In this document: one piece after another, positions 51,760 to 63,637 of the stretch
Layout of the letters: each line of letters begins with the position of its first letter
How positions within the stretch are numbered: the stretch's first letter is position 1
DNA from: Octopus vulgaris
Lineage: Eukaryota
DNA: 64,000 nucleotides
Direction of reading: 5' to 3'
NCBI GenBank assembly: GCA_951406725.2
Contig: OX597814.1
Span: forward strand, 97,588,001 to 97,652,000
The notes under the pieces: model-generated
What the model was told of the DNA's origin: nothing
What the model saw: the letters and a program-made list of their open reading frames with translations, nothing else
The model's database searches: none
Translations under genes and position numbers: made by a program

Positions 51760-52142
51760 AACAACAAACAAGATGAGGACAAATATCCGTCGAATGTAAA
51801 TAATGTAAATAAAATAACTCAATAGGTTTACCATTAGTTCCGTGAACTAACGATTCTGCCAGCTCGCCGCCTTAATAATAATAATGATAGTAAGAAGAAG
51901 AAGAGGGAGAGGATTTTGCGAGTCCATCGACCCCAGTACTCAACTTGTACTACAATATCGATCGCGAAATGTAATAATACTTTCTACTATAAGCACAAGG
52001 CTTGAAATTTGGGAGAGGGGATTAGTCGATTACATCGACTCCAGTGTCTCACTGGTACTTAATTTATCGACACTGAAAGGATGAAAGTTAAAGTCGACTT
52101 CGGTGCATTTTGAACTTAGAACGTAGCGGCAAATCGCGAAAT

Positions 52143-52175
<33 letters not shown>

Positions 52176-55100
52176 TTTTAATTCTAGTTTTTTGGCCACA
52201 AGGGCTAACATAAATCAAAGAAACGTGTAAGGCCAAATACTGGACGAAAAGTACAAAGGGTTTTGTTCGAAAGAAAGGTCCGTGTAAACATTCAAATAAC
52301 AACGAAAAATATAACAAATAAAAACTCCCAATAGAGGGAGGCGCTTCGAAAGGTTACTCGTGGAAAAACCCATAAAAACCACGGGAGCCTGGTCAAAAAG
52401 GGGTAGAGAGCACCTTCTCCTTTTATATTACCTACAGCCACTAGACAAAGGAAAATTGCCTTGCCCTACCGGTTAGAGGAGGTCGGCGGGGCAATCTTCA
52501 CTATGGATTCAGCTGATAGCCGGATCCGTCCTATACGCGACAGTAGCTGTTCGACATAAACCCACAGGTCAGCAATACTCGGGCACTGGACGGGTGCGTG
52601 CAGAACGGTTTCGTCGTCCTGGGCGCACGTCGGGCAGTCCCGGCTGACGGCACTTCCGTGCCGGTAGAGTTTAACTCGAATAGGCAGCGCCCCACGGTAG
52701 CACTGCCAGGCGAGGGACCTTTGGAAGTTATCCATGGGCCCCGGCCCGAATGTTCTTCCGAACAGACTGTTTAAGTCATTATCGTCGACGCCTAGAGTTT
52801 CCCCGAGAACGTCGTCGCACTTTTCTTCCACTAACCCTCTATAGAACGCTAGAGTGGAACTACTACTGATCGCATTGCCCGCTTGGTGGAGGGCGGAGAG
52901 AGTTTGACGACACTCGAGGTGTCAAGCGCCCTTTCTCGGTCTGCGTTTGATCCATGATTGCAGCTCTGTCAAAAAGACGAGCTGCGGAAAGTCGTGTCTG
53001 ACGAACGGCCACCACACCTGTTCACCGTCCAGGAAACGCTTGAGATGTCGTAGCCTGAGCGCATGTCTGCGCATCAGCAACCACGGCATGCCAAGGCCTC
53101 CGTTCAGCGGCTGTTGACAGCAGATGGAGCGCCTGACCAGTGGTACCTGACCCTTCCACAGAAAGTCGAAGAGAAAACGTGCCAGCTTGGCCAACCAGTG
53201 GTTGGGACAAACGACGACGGTCAATCGGTAGTAGATGACAGATGCGATGTACGCATTCGCCACCTCCGCTTGACCTCTCAGGGACCGCTTCCTCTCGGCC
53301 CATTTCTGGGTGAGATTGGCCACCCTGCTCGTCACTTCGTCCCAGTTTTTCTCCACCTGGAGGTCCGGACCGAACCAGACCCCGAGCAGTTTAATGGGTC
53401 CGTCTGTCCAGTGCCATACGACGCTGTTGGACGGCATGGACTTGCCCCTCCAGGTGCCCAGTTGCAAGCCCACCGACTTTTCCGCGTTAATATTCACACC
53501 TGTCACCGCTTCGTATTCGCTTAGCGTCTCACCGATCAGGTCGGTGTGCCTGTGGCTCGACACCATCACGGTGACATCGTCGGCATAGGCGGACACGCTG
53601 TTTCTACATCCTAGATAGCGCGGGATACCCCTCAAAGCTTCCAACTTCCGCAGTAATGGCTCGAGAGTCAATAAGTAGAGGAGGGAGGAGAGAGGGCACC
53701 TTGGCTAACCGAACGCGAGATGTCGAACGGCTCCGAAAGGTGACCGTTCACCTGTATGACCGAGCAGATGCCGCTGTACAAAGCAGCGATCCACCCGCGG
53801 AAGACCGGACCGAAACCGGCTGCCCGGAGAACAGCTGCCAGGTATCGATGGTCGACCCTATCGTAGGCTTTAGACTGATCTAAATTGATCAAAGCCCCAC
53901 CCGCGCCAGCTTCGTTACCCACCCTCACTATGATGTAGCGCGTGAGATGGATGTTATCGTGGATAGACCTGGTAGGTACGGCGCATGTCTGCGCCTTGCC
54001 AATCAGCTTGTCCGCGACAAGCGCCAATCTCTTGGCTAGCACCTTGGCCAAAATCTTCAACTCTGCATTGAGCAGAGTGATGAGCCTAAAATTCCTTATC
54101 ACCTACCCCTTGTTTGGGTCCTTTCTCAGCAAAGCCACCACTCCTTGACAAACAAAAGCAGGAATTCTCCCGTTTTGTTGCCAGTTGCAGTAGACGTTTG
54201 CCAAGAGGCCCGCAAACAAGATTGGCATTGAAGAGTAAAGCTCGTAGGGCAGACCATCTAAACCCGGCGATCTACCCCTCGTGTAGCTTTTCATCACTTC
54301 CTCTACTTCCCAGGCAGATATCGGTCTTTCTCAGCACTCCGTCTCGCTGGTCGAGAGTTGCGGTAGGCCGTCCAGGTACACACCGAAGTCTGTCCCATTC
54401 TCCATCCCACCGTTCGTCCCGAACAGTAGAGCAAAGTGCTGCTGAAAGACCATACACATCTGCTTCGGTTCGGAAACCTTGCGCCCGTTCTGGTCCAGCA
54501 AAGACCGAATGCTCGCTTTGTTGCCGCACTTCGCCTCCGCCACGCGGGCCTATCGAGCGACCTTAGTTCCCTCCCGCTTACCGAACGTGCCTTAGTTCTG
54601 ACAACGCAGCCTTCGTGTTTGGCGTCAAAGTGTTGATCGAGGGCCAACCTGGCCGCCAACACGTCGGTTGCGATGCCTGTCCCAAGAGCCTCGTCTAGTT
54701 TTCTAATTAAATCCCGCTGTTGTCTTTCGTTCTACAGCTAGATCCTTACTAAACCTAATCGATTCTGCTCTAATTGCTTTCTTCGGGGCAAACCACCAGT
54801 TGTTATTGATGATTGCCCCCGTCAATGCCCATTTAACTAATAAACTAACCCAGTCTCTGTAGGCTTTGCACGCCGTTAACCGGGACCCTGTATATGTAGC
54901 CTATCTAAGTCGACCGTACAGATCACGAATTTGTGGTCCGTGTAGATGACTAGGTAGAATTGTGGACACCCAATGCTGTTCTTATCCGCTGGCCTACAGA
55001 AAACTCTATCTAAGTATGATCTAGACGACCCGATGCGATTAGTCCAAGTCCACATTGGCACATTCGGGTAGAGTCTAGTCGATACCTGTCGGACAGCTGA

Positions 55101-55560
55101 ACGCGTCTGAGCAGGTTAGCGAGCCTCTTGCACCCCCCTCTCCTATCAGATGCTCCCGTGCCCACCCGATCGAAACGTTCTGCTATGACAGCGTTCCAAT
55201 CCCCAACTAATACTAAAGTGCGGGACGTACCCAAGAAAACCTCCAGACGCTTGAAATAATCCGACTGCCCTGCTCTTGTCGGAGCGTTGGCAGCCAGCAA
55301 TCTGAAAGCACCACTGTCACTACCGTCCACGTCCAGGACCACCAACTTACCTTCTGGATCCAGGAAGACTGTTTTTATTTTCAAATCCAGGCCTTTCCGA
55401 AATAATACCGCAGTACCACTACCACCCACGGAGATAGAAAGATCTCGTATCCGCCGAAAAGGGCTGCGAGTTCCCGCGGGTCGGAGAGCCTAGTTTCGCT
55501 AATGGCTGTTACATCCACACTATAAAACCTCTGATACTTTAACAAATCTGCCAATTTGAA
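52176..55560 (-). mobile_element. Tx1/L1-clade LINE, near-complete ORF2 (APE endonuclease, RT, zinc finger), disrupted
   Basis: AISETR, LVGDWNA, SYLDR, TDHK (APE); SPGLDGLPYE, NFRLITLLNAELKILAK, LDQSKAYDRV, QGALSP, AYADDV (RT); CPTC...ETVLHAPVQCP; several frameshifts and stops; GC-rich relative to flanks; adjoins a (TAA)n tract at its 3' end. Confidence 0.95.
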
Positions 55561-56533
55561 CATATGATGGCTTGGCCTAGATTTCAGACTCAAAGCTTAT
55601 AAATTTCTTCTGATTGAATAATTATTGCTACAGATGCACTACCTGGAGGAGATATATACAATGAATTCGCAACCAAGAATTGAAACCTTGATCTTCATGT
55701 TTCGGTCTACTGTTTTCGGGACCTACATTCAAAATTTATTGCTGTCATCTGTCAAATTCGCTACTGTTTCAGATGAGATTGACTTCAATTTAGATGGTTC
55801 ATCTAATTCTATTGTTGCTGACCTAGTTCAGCTTTAGGGCAGTTATACATAGGAAACGCCCATAGAAAATTATTATTCTGTCTTACTTCTGAGTTTTCAC
55901 GCAGTTAAAAATGACAATTCTTTTTTTGCATCAAAACTTTTAGAGAGTTAACCTCTCTCTCTCCCTGCCCCCCCCCTCTCTAGGTGCTAGTCGATTACAA
56001 AGACACCAGTGCTCGACAGGTACTTATTTTATCGACCCCGAAAGGATGAAAGACAAAGTCGATCGCAACAGAATTTGAACTTAGAACATAAAGCCGGTAA
56101 AAATTATGCTAAGCATGTTGTTCGTTGAGCTAAAGGTTTTGCCAGCTCGCTGCCCTCATGTGTTTCAAGAATAATATGAATTTGACCACCTGATAAAAAA
56201 TAACAAAAAGAAAAAGGAACATCCTGAGACGTCTGCTCATTCAGGAAGAATACGTAAGACAAAGATTCTGTTGTGAATTCAGATGGTAAAATTTATAGCC
56301 TATATTAAGACCGATAGAAGACAATTAAAATTGGGCAAGAAACGACCTGGGACATTCACACACGAAGTACCACAGCTAGCCTTCTACAAGGCACGGCACA
56401 ATTCCCCTTCCAGTCAGCGGTTATATTATCATCATCTTTTGTAAACAGCCAACGCAATAAATCATGTCCAGCAATAAATACGCTAAAAGTTCGTGAGTTT
56501 GTTTCGTTTATTATACACGTAGCCAGCGAGAAC

Positions 56534-57244
56534 ACACGATGATGATATTCAACAAAATAGCACACACAATCAAGCAACCACCACGACCATGGTGACCAAT
56601 TCACCCGCACAATTTCGACTCACCAGAAGCTTACGCCTTTCTCTATGTCGCTTTTCTCGCCACTTTAGTTTTTAAGAGCTAAAAACCACTTGCTTGGAAA
56701 GTCTTTAAAAAACACGATGATGATATTCAACAAAATAGCACACACAATCAAGCAACCACCACGACCATGGTGACCAATTCACCGTACAATTTCGACTCAC
56801 CAGAAGCTTACGCCTTTCTCTATGTCGCTTTTCTCGCCACTTTAGTTTTTAAGAGCTAAAAGCCACTTGCTTGGAAAGTCTTTAAAAAACACGATGATGA
56901 TATTCAACAAAATAGCACACACAATCAAGCAACCACCACGACCATGGTGACCAATTCACCCGCACAATTTCGACTCACCAGAAGCTTACGCCTTTCTCTA
57001 TGTCGCTTTTCTCGCCACTTTAGTTTTTAAGAGCTAAAAACCACTTGCTTGGAAAGTCTTTAAAAAACACGATGATGATATTCAACAAAATAGCACACAC
57101 AATCAAGCAACCACCACGACCATGGTGACCAATTCACCCGTACAATTTCGACTCACCAGAAGCTTACGCCTTTCTCTATGTCGCTTTTCTCGCCACTTTA
57201 GTTTTTAAGAGCTAAAAGCCACTTGCTTGGAAAGTCTTTAAAAA
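56534..57244. repeat. Tandem array, 4 x 177-178 bp
   Basis: Anchor base at 56538, 56716, 56893 and 57071; units nearly identical. Confidence 0.97.
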
Positions 57245-57323
57245 TCGTGAGTTTTATAAAAGTCGCTTTTAGTTTCAATAAACAGTGTGTATGTGTATGC
57301 GTGTATACGTGTGTGCGTGCGTA

Positions 57324-57379
<56 letters not shown>

Positions 57380-57611
57380 GGTGTGTGATCCTAGAAAGTA
57401 TGTGGATGAGTGTGAGCCTTGAAAATAAGTGTGAGTGTGTATATGTGTGTGAATGTGTGTGATCCTAAAATATGTGTTTGTGTGCGTGATCCAAGAAAAT
57501 GCATAGGCGCACATGTGTGTGTGTGTATGAGAGAGTGAGGGTGTGTGATCTTAGAAAATGTGTGTTCGTATGTATGTATGAATGAGTGAGAGTGTTAATA
57601 TGTGTGATCCT

Positions 57612-58020
57612 GTGGCTGTGTGGTAAGTAGCTTGCTAACCAACCACATGGCTCCGGGTTCATTCCCACTGCGTGGCATCTTGGGCAAGTGTCTTCTGCTA
57701 TAGCCCCGGGCCGACCAATGCCTTGTGAGTGAATTTGGTAGACGGAAACTGAAAGAAGCCTGTCGTATATATGTATATATATATATGTGTGTGTGTGTAT
57801 GTGTGTGTGTTTGTGTGTTTGTCCCCCTAGCATTGCTTGACAACCGATGCTGGTGTGTTTACGTCCCCGTCACTTAGCGGTTCGGCAAAAGAGACCGATA
57901 GAATAAGTACTGGGCTTACAAAGAATAAGTCCCGGGGTCGATTTGCTCGACTAAAGGCGGTGCTCCAGCATGGCCGCAGTCAAATGACTGAAACAAGTAA
58001 AAGATAAAAGATAAAAGATA
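57612..58020 (+). mobile_element. Near full-length tRNA-derived SINE, family A (CORE-like, internal microsatellite)
   Basis: A box TGGCTGTGTGG, B box GGTTCATTCCC, CTTGGGCAAGTGTCTT segment, internal (TA)/(TG) tract, (GATAAAA)n tail; consistent with the tRNA-derived SINEs known from octopus. Confidence 0.9.
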
Positions 58021-58345
58021 TAGGTGTGTGCGTGTGCGCGAGCGTGGTTTGCTTCACAAAAAAGGTTCACAAAGAAACACACAAATAGTCCGTGAAATAT
58101 TCCACCTCACTCAGTAAGTATTTATAATGACGCATACGCATGTGTTTGCGTGCGCGCGCACACACACACATTAATGTTTTGTGATGTTAATTTTTCAACT
58201 TGTTATATTCTTTGATATGAGCTAAGAAGAAAGAGTACTTGTTAGATTTTTAAAATTTATCCGAAATTCCGTAAGGACGAAATTACAGGTCGTAACACAA
58301 AATTAATATCTATAACTTAGTATCCAAATATATAAATATGTATAA

Positions 58346-58735
58346 GGCGGCGAGCTGGCAGAAACGTTAGCACGGCAGGCGAAATGCTCAGCGGCATTTC
58401 GTCTGCCGTTACGTTCTGAGTTCAAATTCCGCTTTCGGGGTCGATTAAATAAGTACCAGTTACGCACTGTGGTCGATATAATCGACTTAATCCGTTTGTC
58501 TGTCCTTGTTTGTCCCCTCTGTGTTTAGCCCCTTGTGGGTAGTAAAGAAATAGGTATTTCGTCTGCCGCTACGTTCTGAGTTCAAATTCCGCCGAGGTCG
58601 ACTTCGCCTTTCATCCTTTTGGGGTCGATAAATTAAGTACCAGTTACGCACTGGGGTCAATGTAATCGACTTAATCCCTTTGTTTGTCCTTGTTTGTCCC
58701 CTTTATGTTTAGCCCCTTGTGGGTAATGAAGAAAT
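58346..58735 (+). mobile_element. Family B SINE, head-to-tail dimer
   Basis: Second unit restarts at GGTATTTCGTCTGCCG (about 58553) without the 5' head. Confidence 0.85.
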
Positions 58736-59275
58736 GAAATATATAAATATGAATGCATATGTGTATCCTTTCTTCCTTCTTTAATTCTTGTTTGTATTTA
58801 AATCAGTCACAATTTCTTGATTCTCATTTTTCATTCTTCTGTGAAAATATGAATAACAGGAGTGGCTATAGGCGCAGGAGTGGCTGTGCGGTAAGTAGGT
58901 TGCTTACCATCCACATAGTTCCGGGTTCAGTCCCACTGCGTGGCACCTTGGATTTGGTAGACGGAAACTGAAAGTAGTCCGTCGTAGATATATATATATA
59001 GCGGTTCGGCAAAAGAGAACGATAGAATAAGTACTAGGCTTACAAAGCTTAAGTCCTGGGATCGATTTGCTCGTCTAAAGACGGTGCTCCAGCATGGCAG
59101 CAGTCATATGACTGAAACAAATAAAAGAATAATAGAATACCACTTTTGCAATTGTTAATTTTAATTACGTAATTATATAAATAATCCTTTCTAATATGGG
59201 CACAATGTTTGAAATTTGAGGGTGGGGTATAGTCGATTATATCGACCCCACTGCCCAACTACACTTATTTTAACA

Positions 59276-59613
59276 GATCTTTGTGGTTTTCGTTACTTTT
59301 TACAATTGTCTTTAAAAATTTTTTTAATGTATTATATAGATGTATGAATCCGAATTTGTTATTCATTTATTCCAGAAAAATTTTACAAAAATGTTGCAGG
59401 TGTTCAAAGTTTGATAATTTTCAGAATTTTCAGCCAATCAGAAAACAGCGCGTTCGCTGTCTCTGCCATCATCGCCGGGGGGTAAGGGGCGTCGGCATGT
59501 CAAAATATTGTTATTCCCCTTGTACGCGCACACACAAACAGAGTTGAATGGCTGATTTTTTTTTTTTTTTTTCAGCGTTGAATATTCACCATCCCACTTC
59601 CATTGCACATACA

Positions 59614-59682
<69 letters not shown>

Positions 59683-60129
59683 TCATACACCTCCATTATA
59701 CATACACACACATATACTCACACAGAGTTGAAACGCTTCCACTACCAGTTTGCCAGCATCCCTCCCTTCCTTATTCATCTATTACCCTTTTCTTTTCTCA
59801 TTCATGTATCACACTTTCCTTTCTCATTCATATGTAACGGAGAAAGACACAAGCGTATTATTATAGTAAGAAGATTATCCTTCTCGTATCTCCTTCCCCT
59901 CCTTGTGCGCATGCGCAGCATCTTTGGTTACTATGGAAACAGCTTTTCGCCACGGTGATGTGTAAAATACTCGCTTCTGATTTGCTAAACTATCCATATT
60001 TTGCAAATTTTAAAGGCTAATAACATTTTAATTATGGATTTATAGGGAAAATGAATTTCATTAATCCATATTCCAAATTTGAAAACAATTGGAACAAAAT
60101 TGTAAACAGAGACGAAAACTACACAGATC
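59276..60129. mobile_element. TIR element (MITE-like) inserted in a family B SINE
   Basis: 32-bp TIRs (27/32 match) plus internal inverted AGCCAATCAGAA / TTCTGATTTGCT; the SINE resumes on both sides; contains (CA)n at 59616-59680. Confidence 0.7.
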
Positions 60130-60135
60130 AATTCT

Positions 60136-60615
60136 ATCGACCCCAAAGGGATGAAAGGCAAAGTAGAGTTTGGTGGAATTTGAACTCAAACCATGAAAAC
60201 AGACGAAATACCTATTTCTTTACTACCTACAAGGGGCTACACACAGAGGGGACAAACAAGGACAGACAAACGGATTAAGTCGTTTATATTGACCCCAGTG
60301 CGTAACTGGTACTTATTTAATCGACCCCAAAAGGATGAAAGGCAAAGTCGACCTCGGCGGAATTTGAACTCAGAACGTAGCGGTAGACGAAATACCTATT
60401 TCTTTACTACCCACAAGGGGGTAAACACAGAGAGGACAAACAAGGACAGACAAACGGATTAAGTCAATTATATTGACCCCAGTGCGTAACTGGTACTTAT
60501 TTAATCGACCCCAAAAGGATGAAAGGCAAAGTCGACCTCGGCAGAATGTAGCGGCAGACGAAATACCGGTAAATTTTTCGCCTGGTGTGCCAACGATTCC
60601 GCCAGCTCGCAGCCT
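60136..60615 (-). mobile_element. Family B SINE, tandem multimer
   Basis: Three successive TCGACCCCAAAA(G)GGATGAAAGGCAAAGT units with a single head near 60600. Confidence 0.85.
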
Positions 60616-60751
60616 CGTAGTCGCATATGAATAATACCCTTATTCTATTGGACCAGCTGTAGAGGACAATCAAATTATGAACTGTTTGTGAAATTTACGC
60701 TTTTCTGCTTTTTAGTCGATGTGTGCGTGCGCGCGCGCGCGTGTGTATGTA

Positions 60752-60926
60752 CAAGGGGTGGTGAAAAGTTCCTGGCTTTGGGTAAAAGAAAATACAGAAG
60801 GGTCTGTTAATTATGATTTTATTCAGCATATTCCCTCCTCAGATTCATACAGTTATTGCAGGGATCCGTCAGTTTTTCTAGAGCTCGGAAGGTTGGGCCT
60901 CCAACCAGGCCTTTCGCAACACCCTT
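60752..60926. mobile_element. mariner-type MITE
   Basis: TA|CAAGGGGTGGTGAAAAGTTCCTGG and imperfect inverted CCAGGCCTTTCGCAACACCCTT. Confidence 0.5.
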
Positions 60927-60945
60927 AAAGCTAGGACTCAACTGC

Positions 60946-60946
60946 T

Positions 60947-60978
<32 letters not shown>

Positions 60979-61031
60979 CACACACACACCATATACATAC
61001 ACACATACATTCATATATGCATTCATACATA

Positions 61032-61070
<39 letters not shown>

Positions 61071-61176
61071 ATATACATACACACATACATTCATATATGC
61101 ATTCATACATAATACACACACACACACACACCATATACATACACACATACATTCATATACGCATTCATGCATAATA

Positions 61177-61212
<36 letters not shown>
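60946..61212. repeat. (CA)n-based compound minisatellite, about 3 units
   Basis: CCATATACATACACACATACATTCATATAYGCATTCATRCATAATAC repeated three times between (CA)n runs. Confidence 0.9.
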
Positions 61213-61215
<3 letters not shown>

Positions 61216-63058
61216 TCATGCGCGCACGCACTGGTGTCTGTGTTTATATGAATACATATGTACATTCTAGGTCAATAGCAACTGAAAACAAATTGAAAAT
61301 TCAACACGAAACAATACTCAGGAGACTTCAAAACTGCAAGTCATACTTGTTGACATTTTCATTTGATTTTATGGAATATCTTAGCATTTATATTGCTCTT
61401 TGATTATAACACAATTAGGAATGGCTTATATTAAAGGTTTTAATGCATATTTTAAAAAAAATATATCTAAAATAATGTTACTCGGAAGGAAATCACTAAT
61501 ACAAATAAGTTTACATATTGTTAAAAATAACATATATTTCACAAAAAAATAAATAAATCAAATAATAATATATAAAAGTCCATAGATACAATGAGCTACA
61601 GTAGTTAGTTTATTGAAAAATGAAAATTCAGTATTTCGGGCCTTGTTCTTCTCCGAAGAGAAAAAGAGAAAACCTATCTATGCTAATTCTCCCGTTGCTA
61701 TTGGCATATATATATAGTAGAAAGACAGGTAAACAATAACAGGCGTATTTAATATATTTATATGAAAAGTTGCATATACAAATTACATGATATGATCAAG
61801 TCCTATCTTTACAGCTGTTTCGGATAATCGATGATTAGTTGATATAACCATGCATAGGAAGGTGATCTTATAGGTATACATAAAATTAAAGGAAAGTATG
61901 AACGTGCACAGATTTTGATAGCTCCGTACAGGAAAGTCACAATGACCCCGCCAGAATAACCAGAGAAGGCTTAGAGAAGGTAATGTAAATGAATATAAAT
62001 TGTATAAATTAGAAAGATAGACAGAAGCAGAGGAGGAGTTATAGTGATAAGTATAAAGGTCCATCTGTCTTTCAACTTCCATATTCGCTCGAAGAATATT
62101 GTTTTTATAGCCAAGTTTCTACTTCCACACTACCTAATCCTGATGAGGAAGTTGGAGTTCTTAATCCCGATGAAGAAGATTCCGATTTCTCTAAGCACTT
62201 ATTGGCAACAATTTATATTATGCTTACATAAGCGTTTTATAACCTATTCTTTATAAATGCGCGCGTGTGTTTGTGTGTGCCTGCGCTTGTGCGCGTACAT
62301 GTACGTATAAATGCAAGTATATATGTGTGCGCGTATGTGTATTCTATGTAAGAATGACAAGTGTCCCAAATACTGGTATTTGCACTCCTCATGTTTTATT
62401 ATTATTTTGACCTACAAATGTTTATGAGTTAACTTTTGTTGATGTAAACCAACAAAACTTTCCTTAGAATCCGCAGCTTGCTCTGTTAATTTATAGTTCA
62501 TTCGAAACTAAATAGAAATACGGATATCGAAAGATCTTGTTGCTGTAAATTGTAACATTAGGTTTTATATTTTGTGTAGTCTTCGAAAATTATCAGTTAA
62601 TTAAAACAGCCATTAGAAGCTTTGGGTCTTTTATTTCTTTTCTTTTCTTTTCTTTTTTGCATTATAGATATTACTGATTTCAAATTTTGACACTAGGTCA
62701 GCAATTTCGGGGGAGGGGAAAGGTCATTTACGTCTTAAATGGTTAATTGGTACTTCCTTTATCGATCTCGAAGGATGGAAGGCAAAGTCGACCTCTTCAG
62801 AATTTGAACTCAGAATGTAAAGACGGACGAAATGACACTAAACATTTTGTCTGGCGTACTAACGATTCTACCAGCTTGCCACCTTGATTATAGGTAATAT
62901 TAGATGATGAACTCATGTCATCTATCTACTTCATTTTCTTGGGGTAAATAAAATAAGCGGTTAAAAAGTTTACTTTGCTGCCATGTCGTTCGATTCCGGT
63001 TAGTTGTCCTTTGGCATGTGTTTTCAAGTTTTGCTTTGGGTTTGTCATGACCTTGTAA

Positions 63059-63272
63059 CTGATCTTAAAAGGTGGTGGCAATATTCACGTGAACAGAGAA
63101 AATAATTGCAATGTTCTGCCAGGCAGCATTTATTTCTAATTAGATTATTTCGGTTCAACTATTTAGAAATGCAAGATTGTTTTGAGTATAACTTCTCTTC
63201 ATGATGCCCTATCAATTAAAATTATTTTCCATCTTTTTTCACGTGAATATCGCCACCACTTTTTAAGATCAG
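63059..63272. mobile_element. MITE-like fold-back with about 45-bp inverted ends
   Basis: CTGATCTTAAAAGGTGGTGGCAATATTCACGTGAA versus TTCACGTGAATATCGCCACCACTTTTTAAGATCAG. Confidence 0.7.
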
Positions 63273-63637
63273 ATCCATAGAGCATCCAAACCGGCTACAA
63301 CTGGCCAAAATATCAACCTACAATGGCCTCCTAAAAGTAAACAACCACATCGTCGAAATCTCGAAACGATGAGATAATACAGGACTAATTCAAAACAATG
63401 TGAATTCATAAGCATTAAATTTGACTGGATAATATGAATGTTAAATTATTAAGGCAGTATTCTCATCTTCGGTTTGTAAAGAATTCGTTTGTAGAAATAC
63501 AGCTCTACATATTGTAGTAGACGTCTTAGAATTCTTCCATCACTGACACGAACATCATAGTCGACTAGCCTCAGAATATTTGTTGTGTGTAGTTTGGGTT
63601 CTAATGGGATAGACAACCAAATGAAAACCATTGTTAT

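Larger units (their letters stand above)
51257..51811. mobile_element. Palindromic tRNA-headed retroelement with hammerhead motifs (Penelope-like non-autonomous candidate)
   Basis: 14-bp TSD AAATAACTCAATAG (51243-51256, 51812-51825); inverted arms spanning 51287-51807 with centre near 51553; A box TGGCGTAGTGG and B box GAGTTCAATTCC. Confidence 0.85.
50200..51846 (+). mobile_element. Helitron derivative with decayed N-terminal ORF; 3' terminus missing
   Basis: A|TCTCCTAATATAATAA start; 23-aa repeat ORF; 3' part homologous to the 36408-37227 Helitron up to the first hairpin arm CCGTGAA. Confidence 0.55.

Noticed and set aside
53063-54636. Plus-strand ORFs of 66-153 aa
   Set aside because: Antisense shadows of the GC-rich LINE ORF2.
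56534-57244. Retrozyme or hammerhead in the 178-bp repeat (minus strand CTGGTGAGTCGAAA)
   Set aside because: The core is CUGGUGA rather than CUGANGA, only 3 nt separate it from GAAA so stem II cannot form, and stems I and III are not evident.
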